Shown: positions 1-10,009 of the stretch, one piece after another | Numbering within the stretch: position 1 is the first letter of the stretch | Layout: each line of letters starts with the position of its first letter | Assembly (NCBI GenBank): GCA_964569575.1 | Contig: CAZMTL010000001.1 | Coordinates: 3,503 to 67,502, forward strand | Direction: 5' to 3' | Length of the DNA stretch: 64,000 bases | Source: an uncultured Gammaproteobacteria bacterium | Lineage (GTDB): Bacteria; Patescibacteriota; Patescibacteriia; UBA9934 | Program-made: the position numbers and the translations under genes | Notes under the pieces: model-generated | Databases searched by the model: none | What the model was told of the DNA's origin: nothing | Seen by the model: the letters and a program-made list of their open reading frames with translations, nothing else

Positions 1-92
1 CAAGTTCGCTTTCCAGAGTCTCCTTCCGCTCTCTCCAGTCCCTTCCTGCCTCATTCACTCTACCCATCATCTGTTCACGTCGTAGTTCTTTC
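1..92 (-). CDS. Partial CDS, N-terminal fragment only; the gene runs off the left edge. Hypothetical protein
   Basis: Reverse complement of 1..92 starts with ATG at 92..90 and reads MKELRREQMMGRVNEAGRDWRERKETLESEL with no stop before the window edge. Confidence 0.25.
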
Positions 93-251
93 ATATCGGC
101 TATTATAACAATTGTTGGGGAAATGCTGTTTTTTTATCCACATTGTTCTGTGATTTTTTAAGCGTGTTCAGAATTTAAGCGATCATGAATCGTGGCCATA
201 GTATTGATTCATCTGTGTTACACTATCTGTATTATTCTCCAACTTCATTTT

Positions 252-1286
252 ATGCGATTATTACCAGTTCTTGTGGCTACTTCCCTTCTTGTTCCCGCCC
301 AGCTTTTTGCGGCACCGCCTACGACTGTTGGACGGATTTTGCTCGATGTTGAGCAGAGTGGTGAAGCTTGGTATGTGGACCCGGTTGCGGAAGAGCGTTT
401 TTATTTGCGGAATGGGAATGCAGCGTACCAAGCGCTCCGTAATTTTGGGCTTGGGATTACGAATACAGATTTAGCGAAGATTCCGGTTGGGTTCGAGGAT
501 CGGTTTGATGAAGTTGATTCTGACAATGATGGGATTGCGGATAAGTTGGAAGAAGGATTGGGTACAAATCCAAATAACCGAGACTCGGACGGTGACGGAT
601 TTTCGGATCGCGAAGAAGTTGCTGCTGGGTATAATCCGAACGGACCTGGGGCGTTGAGCGTTGATTCTACTTTGGTTAATAAACTGCGAGGGCGCATTTT
701 GTTGCAAGTTGAAGAGCGCGGACAGGCTTGGTATGTGCACCCTGTTGATGGAAGACGTTATTATATGAGCGATGGCGAAGCGGCGTACCAAATTATGCGC
801 TACTTGAGTCTTGGGATTACTTCACAAAACCTAGCAACAATTCCATTGCGATCTCGACAAGTTGATTGCGCCGATAGTCGAGATTGTTTTATCGGAATGG
901 TGCAAACGGGAGTTTCTGCAAAAGTGCGCATGTTTGACGAGTTTACGTTTATTGTAAACCAGAAGGTTCGTTCTACGGCTGAATACATTCCGGGTGAAGA
1001 TGGAGAATTTACTATTGTTACAAACATTTCAGAGCGAACTATTACGTATACCGATTCGCAACGACAGAAATTGAAAGACGAGGAAGGCTTGAATGACGTT
1101 CAGATCGCAGAGCGAGAACGCAAAAATTCACTTGCGCCAAACATGTTTGAAGTTTCTACGTGTGTCTACCAGTCGGATGAGCTCGAGCACGTCTTAGACA
1201 ACATCAAATTCTTCAACGATGAAGAAGAGATACTTCGTATCGACACCAGAGTTGGGCAGTGTGACTTTGAACTGCTTAATAAATAG
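252..1286 (+). CDS. Secreted repeat protein: two copies of a ~50-aa domain (GRILLxVExxGEAWYV..P....RYYL....AY..MR..GLGIT) separated by thrombospondin-type-3-like calcium-binding repeats (DSDNDGIAD, DSDGDGFSD), plus a Cys-containing C-terminal domain
   Basis: ORF 192..1286; probable start is ATG 252, which gives a signal-peptide-like MRLLPVLVATSLLVPAQLFAAP. Internal duplication and DxDxDG motifs read from the translation. It is a paralog of the 58299..59273(-) protein. Confidence 0.65.
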   Translation: MRLLPVLVATSLLVPAQLFAAPPTTVGRILLDVEQSGEAWYVDPVAEERFYLRNGNAAYQALRNFGLGITNTDLAKIPVGFEDRFDEVDSDNDGIADKLEEGLGTNPNNRDSDGDGFSDREEVAAGYNPNGPGALSVDSTLVNKLRGRILLQVEERGQAWYVHPVDGRRYYMSDGEAAYQIMRYLSLGITSQNLATIPLRSRQVDCADSRDCFIGMVQTGVSAKVRMFDEFTFIVNQKVRSTAEYIPGEDGEFTIVTNISERTITYTDSQRQKLKDEEGLNDVQIAERERKNSLAPNMFEVSTCVYQSDELEHVLDNIKFFNDEEEILRIDTRVGQCDFELLNK

Positions 1287-1314
1287 GATTTGATTGTTCA
1301 TTACCTGACCTAAT

Positions 1315-1650
1315 TTGGATATGAAAAAATTACTGACTGCGTTTGTTGTTTGTTTTGTACTCATCGTGCTTGTTGCCTTACTTGCTCCTCATTCTGATCC
1401 TTCGTTTACGGAAGCTACGGGTATTTCTTTCGAAACCCATGAGTCCGGAGCGAATGTGCTTTTGATCGCTTCTGAAAGCTATGCGGAACGTGAAGGCTTG
1501 TTAGATGGGGATGTCGTTGCCGATACAAAAAGTGATGTGACGTTACCGTTATGTAACGGTGTTGGCGATGATGTTGCGCTCACGGTTTTACGAAATGGTG
1601 AAGAGATCGAGGTTGTATTGCGTGATGTTCCTAAAATGGATTGTGCCTAG
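1315..1650 (+). CDS. Small membrane-anchored protein with a PDZ-like C-terminal segment
   Basis: N-terminal TM helix LLTAFVVCFVLIVLVALLA. The C-terminal part (GANVLLIAS..GLLDGDVV...TVLRNGEEIEVVL) resembles a PDZ fold. Confidence 0.45.
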   Translation: MDMKKLLTAFVVCFVLIVLVALLAPHSDPSFTEATGISFETHESGANVLLIASESYAEREGLLDGDVVADTKSDVTLPLCNGVGDDVALTVLRNGEEIEVVLRDVPKMDCA

Positions 1651-1729
1651 ACCTAATAGCCCGTAGGCGTTGGTTGATTTGCTCATTTCTCCTTCTCGTG
1701 TTCTACTAGATAAAACTTCGGGGGTTGAG

Positions 1730-2104
1730 ATGAACGATGAACTACGGAGTTTGACTGCTTCGAGTGCTTCGAAGCGCCCGCGTCGTGTTCGGCCGCGGTG
1801 GTATCGGGTCGATCACGAAGGGTTTTTGGCCATTCGTAAGCCGACCATCCTGTGCTATTCCCCTCCTGTCAACTTGGACGAGACTGATGAGTTCGATCGG
1901 TGGCTTGCAGAACAAATCGCTCGCGACGCGTACGATTTGGAGATGGAGATTCGTTCGGAAGAATCGGCTTGGTCGAAATACCTGCTTGAAGCGGGATCGC
2001 TCGAACCGGCAGTCGAACGAGAACTCGGTCCCGAGCCACAGCCCGCGCACGAGGACACCATCCTCTCGCGATTTTGGCAGTGGGTCCTTCGTCTCATTCC
2101 CTAG
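1730..2104 (+). CDS. Hypothetical protein encoded in a GC-rich cassette
   Basis: ORF 1670..2104. Likely start ATG 1730 preceded by GGGGGTTGAG. High GC and high GC3 codon use contrast with the flanking genes. A hairpin plus T-run follows at about 2131..2158. Confidence 0.4.
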   Translation: MNDELRSLTASSASKRPRRVRPRWYRVDHEGFLAIRKPTILCYSPPVNLDETDEFDRWLAEQIARDAYDLEMEIRSEESAWSKYLLEAGSLEPAVERELGPEPQPAHEDTILSRFWQWVLRLIP

Positions 2105-2130
2105 CGCACTCCAACGATCGTGCTCGGGAC

Positions 2131-2158
2131 GTCACGGTGATCCGTGGCGTTTTTTTCT
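2131..2158 (+). terminator. Rho-independent terminator-like hairpin (cacgg-tgat-ccgtg) followed by a T-run
   Basis: Sequence gtcacggtgatccgtggcgttttttt lies directly after the 1730..2104 ORF. Confidence 0.45.
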
Positions 2159-2238
2159 TTTTGCACACTCTTTAGGTCATTATTGGAATATCGTCGCTGG
2201 TTCGTTATACTGATTCTATTATTCAATCAATCCATTTT

Positions 2239-2652
2239 ATGAAAAGCATTCTAAATCCTTATGTCAGCTTTAAAGACAATGCAAAGGAAGCGATGGAGTT
2301 TTATCATGGGATTTTTGGAGGTGAATTGACCATGAGTACGTTTAAAGAAGGTGGCATGTCGAACGATCCGGCGATCGACAACAATATTATGCATGCCATG
2401 TTGGTGACCGAGAGTGATTTTAAGTTGATGGCTTCGGACACGCCTCCGGGAATGGAATACACGCCTGGTGCAAATATTTCGATTTCGCTCAGCGGTGACG
2501 ACGACGCAGAGCTGCGTGGGTATTGGGAAGCGCTCGTTGAAGGTGGTACCGTTATCCTTCCATTCGAAATGGCTCCTTGGGGTGACTTCTTCGGAATGCT
2601 GACGGATAAGTTTGGCATTTCGTGGATGGTGAATATTTCGCCGAAGAAGTAA
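2239..2652 (+). CDS. VOC/glyoxalase-fold protein, PhnB/YjdN-like (3-demethylubiquinone-9 3-methyltransferase-like domain)
   Basis: 137 aa. Translation (FKDNAKEAMEFY..IFGG...HAMLV...SD.....PW) is typical of the PhnB-like VOC family. Confidence 0.55.
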   Translation: MKSILNPYVSFKDNAKEAMEFYHGIFGGELTMSTFKEGGMSNDPAIDNNIMHAMLVTESDFKLMASDTPPGMEYTPGANISISLSGDDDAELRGYWEALVEGGTVILPFEMAPWGDFFGMLTDKFGISWMVNISPKK

Positions 2653-2673
2653 CTTTGTAAATTCGTTTAATCT

Positions 2674-3084
2674 ATGTCAAAAATCACTCTACAAACTACC
2701 ATCAACTCACCTATCGAAACCGTCTGGCGAACGTGGACGTTGCCGGAACATATTACGAAATGGGCTTTTGCTTCGGATGAATGGGAATCACCTTGGGCAG
2801 AGAATGACGTGCGCGAAGGTGGAAAATTTGTCACACGCATGCAAGCGAAGGACGGAAGTGCTGGATTTAATTTTGGTGGAACTTATACGGCTGTAAAAAA
2901 TCACGAATTAATCGAGTACACGATGGACGATGGACGTACGGTTTCGATTCGCTTTGCGCCGACCGATAGCGGAACCGAACTTGTGCAAACATTTGATGCA
3001 GAAAAAGAAAATCCCGAAGAGATGCAACGACAAGGATGGCAGGCTATTTTGGACAATTATAAAAAGTATGTCGAAGCTCTTTAA
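2674..3084 (+). CDS. SRPBCC-superfamily protein (AHSA1/START/polyketide-cyclase-like)
   Basis: 136 aa. Motifs TINSPIETVWRTWT..P..ITKW are typical of the Aha1/YndB-like SRPBCC fold. Confidence 0.55.
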   Translation: MSKITLQTTINSPIETVWRTWTLPEHITKWAFASDEWESPWAENDVREGGKFVTRMQAKDGSAGFNFGGTYTAVKNHELIEYTMDDGRTVSIRFAPTDSGTELVQTFDAEKENPEEMQRQGWQAILDNYKKYVEAL

Positions 3085-3169
3085 TTCTGCTAGGTTAGTA
3101 ATTTTAAAGAGTTCCGTCGCAGAACTGTATGAGGCACGTTCGTCAGAACGCTCTCCGTGGGCAGACTGG

Positions 3170-3673
3170 ATGTATCAGCACCATATTTTTCTTGTTGCAG
3201 ACGAGGCGGCCAGGTTAGCTGAACGCTTCTCTGCTGATTCCGAGATTGTTCAGGCAGCTGCTTTATTACACGACATCGCAGACGCAGTGATGAGTAGGTT
3301 TGATTCTGATCATGCATCGGTTACTGATAAAATCGCGAATGATCTTTTGACTAAAGCGGGTTTTAGCATTGATGAAATCTCAACTATTGTTGGCGATGCG
3401 ATTCGATTTCATAGTTGTCGAGACGGTCTGGTTCCTCGGAGCTTGGAAGGTCGAGTAATGGCTACCGCTGATGCGGTCATCCATATTACTTCTGATTTTT
3501 ATCCGCACGGACTTCAATCCATGCGAGAAGACGGCGCTTCGAATGAAGAACTTCTGACATGGGCTTTACCGAAGCTTGAACGCGATTTTCGCGATAAGAT
3601 ACTTTTTCCTGCGGTCCGAAACGAAGTTGAAGTAGATTATCGACGTGCAAAACAATTCATTACTACGTTTTAG
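3170..3673 (+). CDS. HD-domain phosphohydrolase-like protein
   Basis: ORF 2930..3673 overlaps the previous gene, so the start was moved to the in-frame ATG 3170 (MYQHHIF). H..HD motif in AALLHDIADAV, further His/Asp downstream. The start is uncertain; TTG or GTG alternatives exist. Confidence 0.5.
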   Translation: MYQHHIFLVADEAARLAERFSADSEIVQAAALLHDIADAVMSRFDSDHASVTDKIANDLLTKAGFSIDEISTIVGDAIRFHSCRDGLVPRSLEGRVMATADAVIHITSDFYPHGLQSMREDGASNEELLTWALPKLERDFRDKILFPAVRNEVEVDYRRAKQFITTF

Positions 3674-3674
3674 T

Positions 3675-3959
3675 ATGAAGAAAACCTGCTCTCGCGGACA
3701 CGAGTATGTTAAGACCAGCGATTGTCCGGTTTGTCCGAAGTGTTGGTCGGGTTACTACAAGAAGAAGGCTGAGGAGCGTTTTCCGGTAAAGCTCAGCGCG
3801 CCGGCGCTCCGCGCGTTGTTGCACGAAGGGATTGATTCGGTGAAGAAGTTGTCGAAGTATTCTGAGAAGGAAATTCTCGCATTACATGGAATGGGCCCAG
3901 GATCGTTGCCGGCTTTGCGGAAGGCGCTGAAGGAGGTTGGGATGAGTTTCAAAAAGTAG
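3675..3959 (+). CDS. Small protein with an N-terminal zinc ribbon (C..H...CPVCPKC) and a C-terminal helix-hairpin-helix resembling the RNA polymerase alpha-subunit CTD
   Basis: ATG 3675 (MKKTCSRGHEY). C-terminal LSAPALRALLHEGIDSVKKLSKYSEKEILALHGMGPGSLPALRKAL matches the alpha-CTD/HhH pattern. Confidence 0.5.
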   Translation: MKKTCSRGHEYVKTSDCPVCPKCWSGYYKKKAEERFPVKLSAPALRALLHEGIDSVKKLSKYSEKEILALHGMGPGSLPALRKALKEVGMSFKK

Positions 3960-3973
3960 TCTCTAAACAGAGA

Positions 3974-4228
3974 CTACTTTTTCTTTCGATCGATTAAATG
4001 TTGCTTTTCATTCTTGGGCAGTTTCTTGATGCGACTTTCTTCTTTACTCGCCTCACTCCTCCCTTTCACTTCCTGGTTCCATACTATTTTCACCGGCAAC
4101 CGAGCACGAGTGTACTTGGATGCCTTGCCCGAATTATGCAAGGCTAGTCGCTTTGCTAAATCGTTCGTAATGCCCGTGTACAGTGTACCGTCGGCGCATT
4201 TTAGGATGTAGACGTGCCAGGGATTCAT
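3974..4228 (-). CDS. GIY-YIG nuclease-domain protein (small stand-alone UPF0213/YhbQ-like)
   Basis: 84 aa. The N-terminal segment [31 protein letters not shown] matches the GIY-YIG motif. Confidence 0.6.
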   Translation of the reverse strand: MNPWHVYILKCADGTLYTGITNDLAKRLALHNSGKASKYTRARLPVKIVWNQEVKGRSEASKEESRIKKLPKNEKQHLIDRKKK

Positions 4229-4258
4229 GAAAGTAGTTTATCATGATAGTCTATTGCC

Positions 4259-6052
4259 ATGTCTAAACCTCTTCTTTCGGTAAAAAATGTCAGTAAATCG
4301 TTTGATCGGCAGGTGGTGCTGGATCGGGTTTCTTTTCAGGTTTCGGAAGGTCAGAAGATTGCGTTGATTGGGCGGAATGGGGCTGGGAAATCGACATTGT
4401 TGAAGATTTTGATGGATCAATTGGCGGCCGATGAAGGCGAGGTTCAGTTTTATGATTGGACGCATGTTGGGATGATTGCGCAGAATGAAGTGTTGCCGGG
4501 CGATGTTTCGACGCAGGCTTTTTTGGAACAGCGAAGTGGAAAGCCGGAATGGACGGTGAAGAAGATGGCGTCGAAGTTTGGGTTGCGGGATGAGTATTTG
4601 GAGAAAGCTCCGGATCAACTTTCGGGTGGGTATCAGATGCGCGTGAAGTTAGTGGCGATGTTTTTGCTCGAACCGAACTTGTTGTTTTTGGACGAACCGG
4701 TGAACTATCTGGATTTGCAAACGTTGCTATTACTCGAATCTGTACTGCATGATTACCGTGGCAGTTTCGTACTGGTGGCGCACGACAGAACATTCTTGCA
4801 GAACACATGTGATATTACGTACGAAATTGAGCGAGGAAAATTGACGACGTTTCCGCAGAAGGTTGAAGAATTTCTTGCGTGGAAAGCGGAACAGATTCAG
4901 TTTGCGCAGCGCACGAATAAACGGTTGGCGAAAGAGATTAAGCATACGCAAAAATTCGTGGATCGGTTTCGGTTTAAAGCGAGCTTGGCTTCTCGCGCGC
5001 AAAATAAGATTAAACATATTGGTCGTTTGCGGGGTCAGATTATGGACGTGCAGGCGGATTTGGCAAAAACACGCATCACTATTCCCTGCCCTGTTTCGCA
5101 TGCGGGTATTGCGATTCGTGTTGAAGGACTCGCGATTGGGTACGCAACGCCGATTGCGAAGAACATTTCACTTACACTTAATCGGGGTGAAAAAGTGGTG
5201 ATCGCTGGCGAGAACGGGCGTGGGAAATCGACGTTTTTAAAAACGCTTGTCGAGAAAATTCCTGCGCTCGACGGCACGGTAAAGTGGTGGAAGCATGCGA
5301 AGATTGGGTATTATGACCAGTTAACGAGTAAGGCATTGAAGGATTCGGACACCGTCCTTAGTCACCTGACTCAATCTGCTCCGCACGAAACTTCTGCTCA
5401 ACAGATTTTGATGATGGCGGGAAATTTTCTGTTTCGTGGAGATGATTTAGATAAGAAGGTTGTTGTGCTGTCTGGTGGTGAGCGCGCGCGGTTGGCGTTG
5501 GCGGGCATTCTTCTTCAAAACGCAAACGTGTTGATTTTGGACGAACCAACAAACCACTTGGATGTTGAAACTGCCGATGCGCTCGCACTTGCGTTGAAGG
5601 AATATGCGGGAACGATCTTGTTTGTTTCGCATGCTCGTACATTCGTTTCTGCTATTGCGGATCGCGTGTTTGAAGTGAAGGAAGGTGGCGTGAAAGAGTA
5701 TTTGGGTGACTATGGCGCGTATGTTGAATACTTGGCGGATTTGGCCGAAGTCGAGGCGCGTGAAGAGGTAAGCGGAGAGCCGAGCGCCGCGACAACAAAT
5801 GAAGCAAGACGCGAAACGCACGCGTTGATTCGTGAATGTCAGCGAAATGTGACACGAGTTGAAAAACGGATGGCGGAGCTGGAAAAAGAAAAGAGCTCCA
5901 TCTTGCAATACTTTTTTGACAATCCAACCGATTACGCACCCGCAAAAGCTCAACGAATGGAAGAAGTGAAGGACGAATTAGCGGAAGTGGAAAATGAATG
6001 GATGAAATTGCAGGAGAAGATTTTGGAATATCGAAAAGAATTAGAAACCTAG
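4259..6052 (+). CDS. ABC-F family ATPase (two ABC domains, no TMD; EttA/Uup-like translation-associated type)
   Basis: 597 aa. Two Walker A motifs (GRNGAGKST, GENGRGKST), two signature motifs (LSGGYQMR, LSGGERARL) and a C-terminal coiled coil. Confidence 0.85.
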   Translation: MSKPLLSVKNVSKSFDRQVVLDRVSFQVSEGQKIALIGRNGAGKSTLLKILMDQLAADEGEVQFYDWTHVGMIAQNEVLPGDVSTQAFLEQRSGKPEWTVKKMASKFGLRDEYLEKAPDQLSGGYQMRVKLVAMFLLEPNLLFLDEPVNYLDLQTLLLLESVLHDYRGSFVLVAHDRTFLQNTCDITYEIERGKLTTFPQKVEEFLAWKAEQIQFAQRTNKRLAKEIKHTQKFVDRFRFKASLASRAQNKIKHIGRLRGQIMDVQADLAKTRITIPCPVSHAGIAIRVEGLAIGYATPIAKNISLTLNRGEKVVIAGENGRGKSTFLKTLVEKIPALDGTVKWWKHAKIGYYDQLTSKALKDSDTVLSHLTQSAPHETSAQQILMMAGNFLFRGDDLDKKVVVLSGGERARLALAGILLQNANVLILDEPTNHLDVETADALALALKEYAGTILFVSHARTFVSAIADRVFEVKEGGVKEYLGDYGAYVEYLADLAEVEAREEVSGEPSAATTNEARRETHALIRECQRNVTRVEKRMAELEKEKSSILQYFFDNPTDYAPAKAQRMEEVKDELAEVENEWMKLQEKILEYRKELET

Positions 6053-6128
6053 CCCCGCTAGGTCTCTTTTTTGCTCTACTGATTACATTGACAAATCAGC
6101 TTAAATTAGCTATATTTGTAACTTGCTT

Positions 6129-7343
6129 ATGAATGCTTCTGACATCATCTTTTATTTCTTCCTGTTTTTCCAAATCTTCGTTCAGATGACGTTTTTACTG
6201 TACCTTCTCGAAAGTATTGAACAGGATTCTTCAACTGTAAATCCAATTTGGTTGCCAACTGTTTCGATTATTGTTCCTGGGTTTAATGAACAGAACACCA
6301 TCCGCAAAACGATTCTTTCGTTGCTTGCGCTCGAATATCCAAAAAATCTTCTTCAAATTATCGCTGTTGATGACGGAAGCACCGATGCGACTTGGCAGGT
6401 TTTGCAAGAATTCAGTCAGAATCCACGAGTCCTTTTGTTGCAGAAACCAAACGAAGGAAGTAAGTATCGCGCGCTTAATTTTGGACTTCAACATGTGACT
6501 GGCGAAATTGTAGGATGCTTGGATGCGGATTCTCGAGTCGACAGCCACGCGCTTACACATTCGGTTGCGCAATTTTCGGACAAATCCGTTGGTGCGGTTG
6601 TTCCCACAATTATTATTGATCACCCAAAAGGCTTTTATCAACGCATGCAGAAAGTTGAGTACGAAATCGGTGCCGCGTTGCGACGTGCGTTTGCTCAGAT
6701 GAATGCACTTTATATTACACCTGGTCCTTTTTCGCTTTTTCGATCTTCTATTTTGAAAGAACTGAATGGCTACGCATTTGCGCATCATACCGAAGATCTC
6801 GACATCGCCTTACGATTACACCAGCACGGTTGGCGCATTGTTCATTCGAGAAATTCGTTTGTGTATACCGTTGCTCCAAACACATTCAACACGTTGTTAA
6901 AACAACGTGTTCGATGGCTTACTGGTTTTTTGCGTAACATGATGGATTACAAACAGATGTTGTTTGCGAAAAAGCATGGATCACTTGGTTTTTTTGTTCT
7001 GCCTTACGCCCTTTTTAGCATTGTGTCGTTTTTGTATCTCGCTCCAACTTCCGTGTACCAGCTTCTTCAAATCAGTATTTGGGAACGGCAGATTCAAAAT
7101 TTTCTGAACTTTATTAACGGCGCAGCGCCGGCGCTCTATTTTAGTCCTTCGATGTTGACTGTGTTGTTTTCTGGTCCATTCGTTTTCCTTCTTCTCTTTT
7201 TGTCGATCGGTAGAACGATGACAGGCAAACGACTGCTTAGCTTAGATATTGTTACAATTGTCGTTTACCCTGTGTTTGCTGCAATTTGGTCGATTAAATC
7301 GATTGCAGACGTTGTTTTTTCTCGTAAAACACCATGGAGATAA
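6129..7343 (+). CDS. Family 2 glycosyltransferase, membrane-embedded processive type (PNAG/cellulose-synthase-like)
   Basis: ATG 6129. Motifs IAVDDGSTD, DADS and Q(R)VRW are present, with multiple C-terminal TM helices. Confidence 0.8.
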   Translation: MNASDIIFYFFLFFQIFVQMTFLLYLLESIEQDSSTVNPIWLPTVSIIVPGFNEQNTIRKTILSLLALEYPKNLLQIIAVDDGSTDATWQVLQEFSQNPRVLLLQKPNEGSKYRALNFGLQHVTGEIVGCLDADSRVDSHALTHSVAQFSDKSVGAVVPTIIIDHPKGFYQRMQKVEYEIGAALRRAFAQMNALYITPGPFSLFRSSILKELNGYAFAHHTEDLDIALRLHQHGWRIVHSRNSFVYTVAPNTFNTLLKQRVRWLTGFLRNMMDYKQMLFAKKHGSLGFFVLPYALFSIVSFLYLAPTSVYQLLQISIWERQIQNFLNFINGAAPALYFSPSMLTVLFSGPFVFLLLFLSIGRTMTGKRLLSLDIVTIVVYPVFAAIWSIKSIADVVFSRKTPWR

Positions 7344-7344
7344 T

Positions 7345-8010
7345 ATGAAAATTCAAAATTACATTTTTGCGGGCGTGATCACTTCGCTGATGTTTTTAGC
7401 GGCTTTTGTTCTTACTGACGAATTGCATGAACAACAAGTCATTGATATTTCGGGTATTCGAACCGATTTATCACTCTCGCTTGTGGATCAAGAAATGCAG
7501 GCGGATTTACTTAGCGCTGCTTCTTGCGACAACCATGCGTTGTTCGACGAACAGTTGAACGAACTTGGTTCGCGTATTTCGGTTTTGGAATCGCAGCGCG
7601 GGTGGAGTGACGAAGGTGTCCAACAATTAAAGAAAGATTACACCCTGCTCCAGATGCGCGACTACCTTGCATTGCTTGAACGCAATGAACGGTGTTCAGT
7701 TACAGATCCGGTTGAGTATTTTGTTGCCTTTGTTCGACATGACGAATGCGAAGATTGTTCAGACACTTGGCAGATGCTTTGGACTTACAAACAACTCAAG
7801 CCGACGACCAAGGTGTATATTTTTGATGTGGACGTGTCGCTTGCCTCTATGCAAACGTTGATGAATTCATTTGCCGTTACAAAAGATCAAACCCCCGTTA
7901 TTTTGCAAAATGGAGAAATCATTTCTAACGACGAGCTACTTGCACTGATACGCACTGCCGAAAATCCACCAACAGAAGCGCCGATTGAATCAGACGATTC
8001 AACGCGTTAG
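7345..8010 (+). CDS. Hypothetical membrane-anchored protein, probably co-transcribed with the GT2 gene
   Basis: ATG 7345, two nucleotides after the GT2 stop. N-terminal TM helix. No recognised domain. Confidence 0.45.
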   Translation: MKIQNYIFAGVITSLMFLAAFVLTDELHEQQVIDISGIRTDLSLSLVDQEMQADLLSAASCDNHALFDEQLNELGSRISVLESQRGWSDEGVQQLKKDYTLLQMRDYLALLERNERCSVTDPVEYFVAFVRHDECEDCSDTWQMLWTYKQLKPTTKVYIFDVDVSLASMQTLMNSFAVTKDQTPVILQNGEIISNDELLALIRTAENPPTEAPIESDDSTR

Positions 8011-8115
8011 TTATCCACTTTACACGTACCGGAAACGACCGTACAATTCATCTACACACATTCAATAAAATGCACGTATTCATTGTTTGAATTCGTGTAT
8101 TTTTTTCTCTTTATT

Positions 8116-9900
8116 ATGAAAGATTTGCTCAAAACATACTTTGGCTACGACGAATTTCGTCCGTTGCAAGAAAAGATTATTCGCCGCGTTGTGGGCGGTG
8201 AAGATGCTTTGGTTTTGATGCCGACCGGTGGCGGAAAATCACTCTGCTATCAATTGCCTGCGCTTCAGCTGCCAGGCATGACTATTGTGGTGTCGCCGCT
8301 TATTTCTTTAATGAAAGATCAGGTGGACGCTCTTCGACAGAATGGAATTGATGCGGCGTATTTGAATAGCACACTCGACGAGCAGGAGGCGTGGGATATT
8401 CGACGTCACTGTAAGGAGGGTCATATTAAGTTGCTGTATGTTTCTCCAGAACGTTTAGCGAATGAAGGGTTTCGACAATTTTTGCTTCAACTAGACATTA
8501 GCCTGATCGCGATCGACGAAGCGCATTGTATTTCGGAATGGGGTCACGATTTTCGGCCAGATTATCGAAATTTGAAGCAAGTTCGCGCACTATTCCCCGG
8601 CGTTCCGCTAGTGGCATTGACCGCAACGGCTACACCGCGCGTTCAACGCGACATCCAGGCACAACTTCGTTTGGATGATGCAAGTGTTTTTCTTTCTAGT
8701 TTTAACCGGCCAAATTTGAAATACAGCGTTATCCCACGCGAGTCCGGAATTAAGCAGGTGGTTCGTCTTCTTGATAGCTACAAAGATCAACCTGTGATCA
8801 TTTACGCATTTTCACGAAAACAAACCGAGAAGTTAACCGAAGATCTGCGCGCGAATGGATTTGATGCACTTTCGTATCATGCAGGGCTTTCAGCAAAGGC
8901 GCGACAGGACGCTCAGGAAAAGTTTTTGCGTGACAAGGTAGACATTATTGTGGCAACCATTGCGTTCGGCATGGGAATCGATAAGCCCGATGTACGCTTG
9001 GTCATTCATTATAATTTACCGAAATCGGTTGAGTCGTACTACCAGGAAACTGGGCGTGCAGGTCGCGACGGATTGGCGAGCGAATGCGTTTTACTTTACT
9101 CATACGGCGACAAAAGTAAGCAGGATTATTTTATTGGTTTGATGAATTCGGAAGAAGAACAGCAGCATGCGAAGCAGAAGCTTGGTCAGATTGTTGAGTT
9201 TGCCGAACATTCACGTTGTCGACGACGGTACTTGTTAGAATATTTTAACGAGAAGTGGACTGAAGAAAATTGTAAGAATTGCGACGTGTGTTTAACCGGG
9301 AAGGAATCGCACGATGCAACTGCGGAAGCACGCGAAATTGTGAATGCGGTTTTGCAAACGGGTGAACGATTTGGTGCAACGCATATTGTTCATGTGTTAC
9401 GTGGCTCGCAGGCAAAGAAAATTGTCGAATGGAAACACAATACACTTCCCTTCCATGGCGCGCTGAAGAAGCATTCTGATAAAGCTATTCAGCATATTAT
9501 TCGACAACTATTGTTCAAGAATATTTTACAAAAATCACCAGGTGATTACCCGGTACTTGGCGTTACTTACGAAGGAAAACGGTTGATCGATTCAGGTCTG
9601 CAGATTTTGATTTCGGAACCACCTCGCGTTTCCGAACATCGTTCAGCCAAGCAGTACAGCAGTGTTTCGTATAATGAAGTGTTGTTTAACGTTCTTCGAG
9701 ATTTGCGAAAAGAGTTAGCGGATGAACGGCGAGTGCCTCCGTTTATGATTTTTGGAAATAAAGCATTGCAAGAAATGGCGGCGCAGTTACCTACTACCGA
9801 ACAGGAGTTTTTGGATATTTCTGGGGTTGGGAAGAAAAAGTTGGAAGAATTTGGAGACGTGTTCCTCTCTACCATTTCACGACATGTGCAGAGTGGGTAA
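8116..9900 (+). CDS. recQ: ATP-dependent DNA helicase RecQ
   Basis: ATG 8116 (MKDLLKTYFGYDEFRPLQ). Carries DEAH box (IDEAHCISEWGHDFRPDY), zinc-binding Cys cluster, RQC region and C-terminal HRDC. Confidence 0.9.
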   Translation: MKDLLKTYFGYDEFRPLQEKIIRRVVGGEDALVLMPTGGGKSLCYQLPALQLPGMTIVVSPLISLMKDQVDALRQNGIDAAYLNSTLDEQEAWDIRRHCKEGHIKLLYVSPERLANEGFRQFLLQLDISLIAIDEAHCISEWGHDFRPDYRNLKQVRALFPGVPLVALTATATPRVQRDIQAQLRLDDASVFLSSFNRPNLKYSVIPRESGIKQVVRLLDSYKDQPVIIYAFSRKQTEKLTEDLRANGFDALSYHAGLSAKARQDAQEKFLRDKVDIIVATIAFGMGIDKPDVRLVIHYNLPKSVESYYQETGRAGRDGLASECVLLYSYGDKSKQDYFIGLMNSEEEQQHAKQKLGQIVEFAEHSRCRRRYLLEYFNEKWTEENCKNCDVCLTGKESHDATAEAREIVNAVLQTGERFGATHIVHVLRGSQAKKIVEWKHNTLPFHGALKKHSDKAIQHIIRQLLFKNILQKSPGDYPVLGVTYEGKRLIDSGLQILISEPPRVSEHRSAKQYSSVSYNEVLFNVLRDLRKELADERRVPPFMIFGNKALQEMAAQLPTTEQEFLDISGVGKKKLEEFGDVFLSTISRHVQSG

Positions 9901-9923
9901 TTTGAATATACGACCTCTCACCC

Positions 9924-9983
9924 TCGTCATCCCGAACTTGATCCCCGGCGCTGAAGGCCGGACAGGCTGGGATCCATCGATTT
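9924..9983. repeat. Copy of palindromic intergenic repeat family B (cgtcatcccg...ggatccatcg core)
   Basis: The sequence cgtcatcccgaacttgatccccggcgctgaaggccggacaggctgggatccatcg is related to elements at 22168..22194, 51729..51760 and 57166..57192. Confidence 0.55.
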
Positions 9984-10009
9984 TCGAATACTCTTTCCCA
10001 TTCTTCAAA

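Noticed and set aside
2930-3169. 5' extension of the HD-domain ORF overlapping the SRPBCC gene
   Set aside because: It overlaps the upstream gene by about 150 nt in another frame. The HD-domain similarity begins after the internal ATG at 3170.
4241-4808. Minus-strand ORFs of 125 and 172 aa inside the ABC-F gene
   Set aside because: Antisense to a well-supported gene with clear ABC motifs. The compositions are low-complexity.
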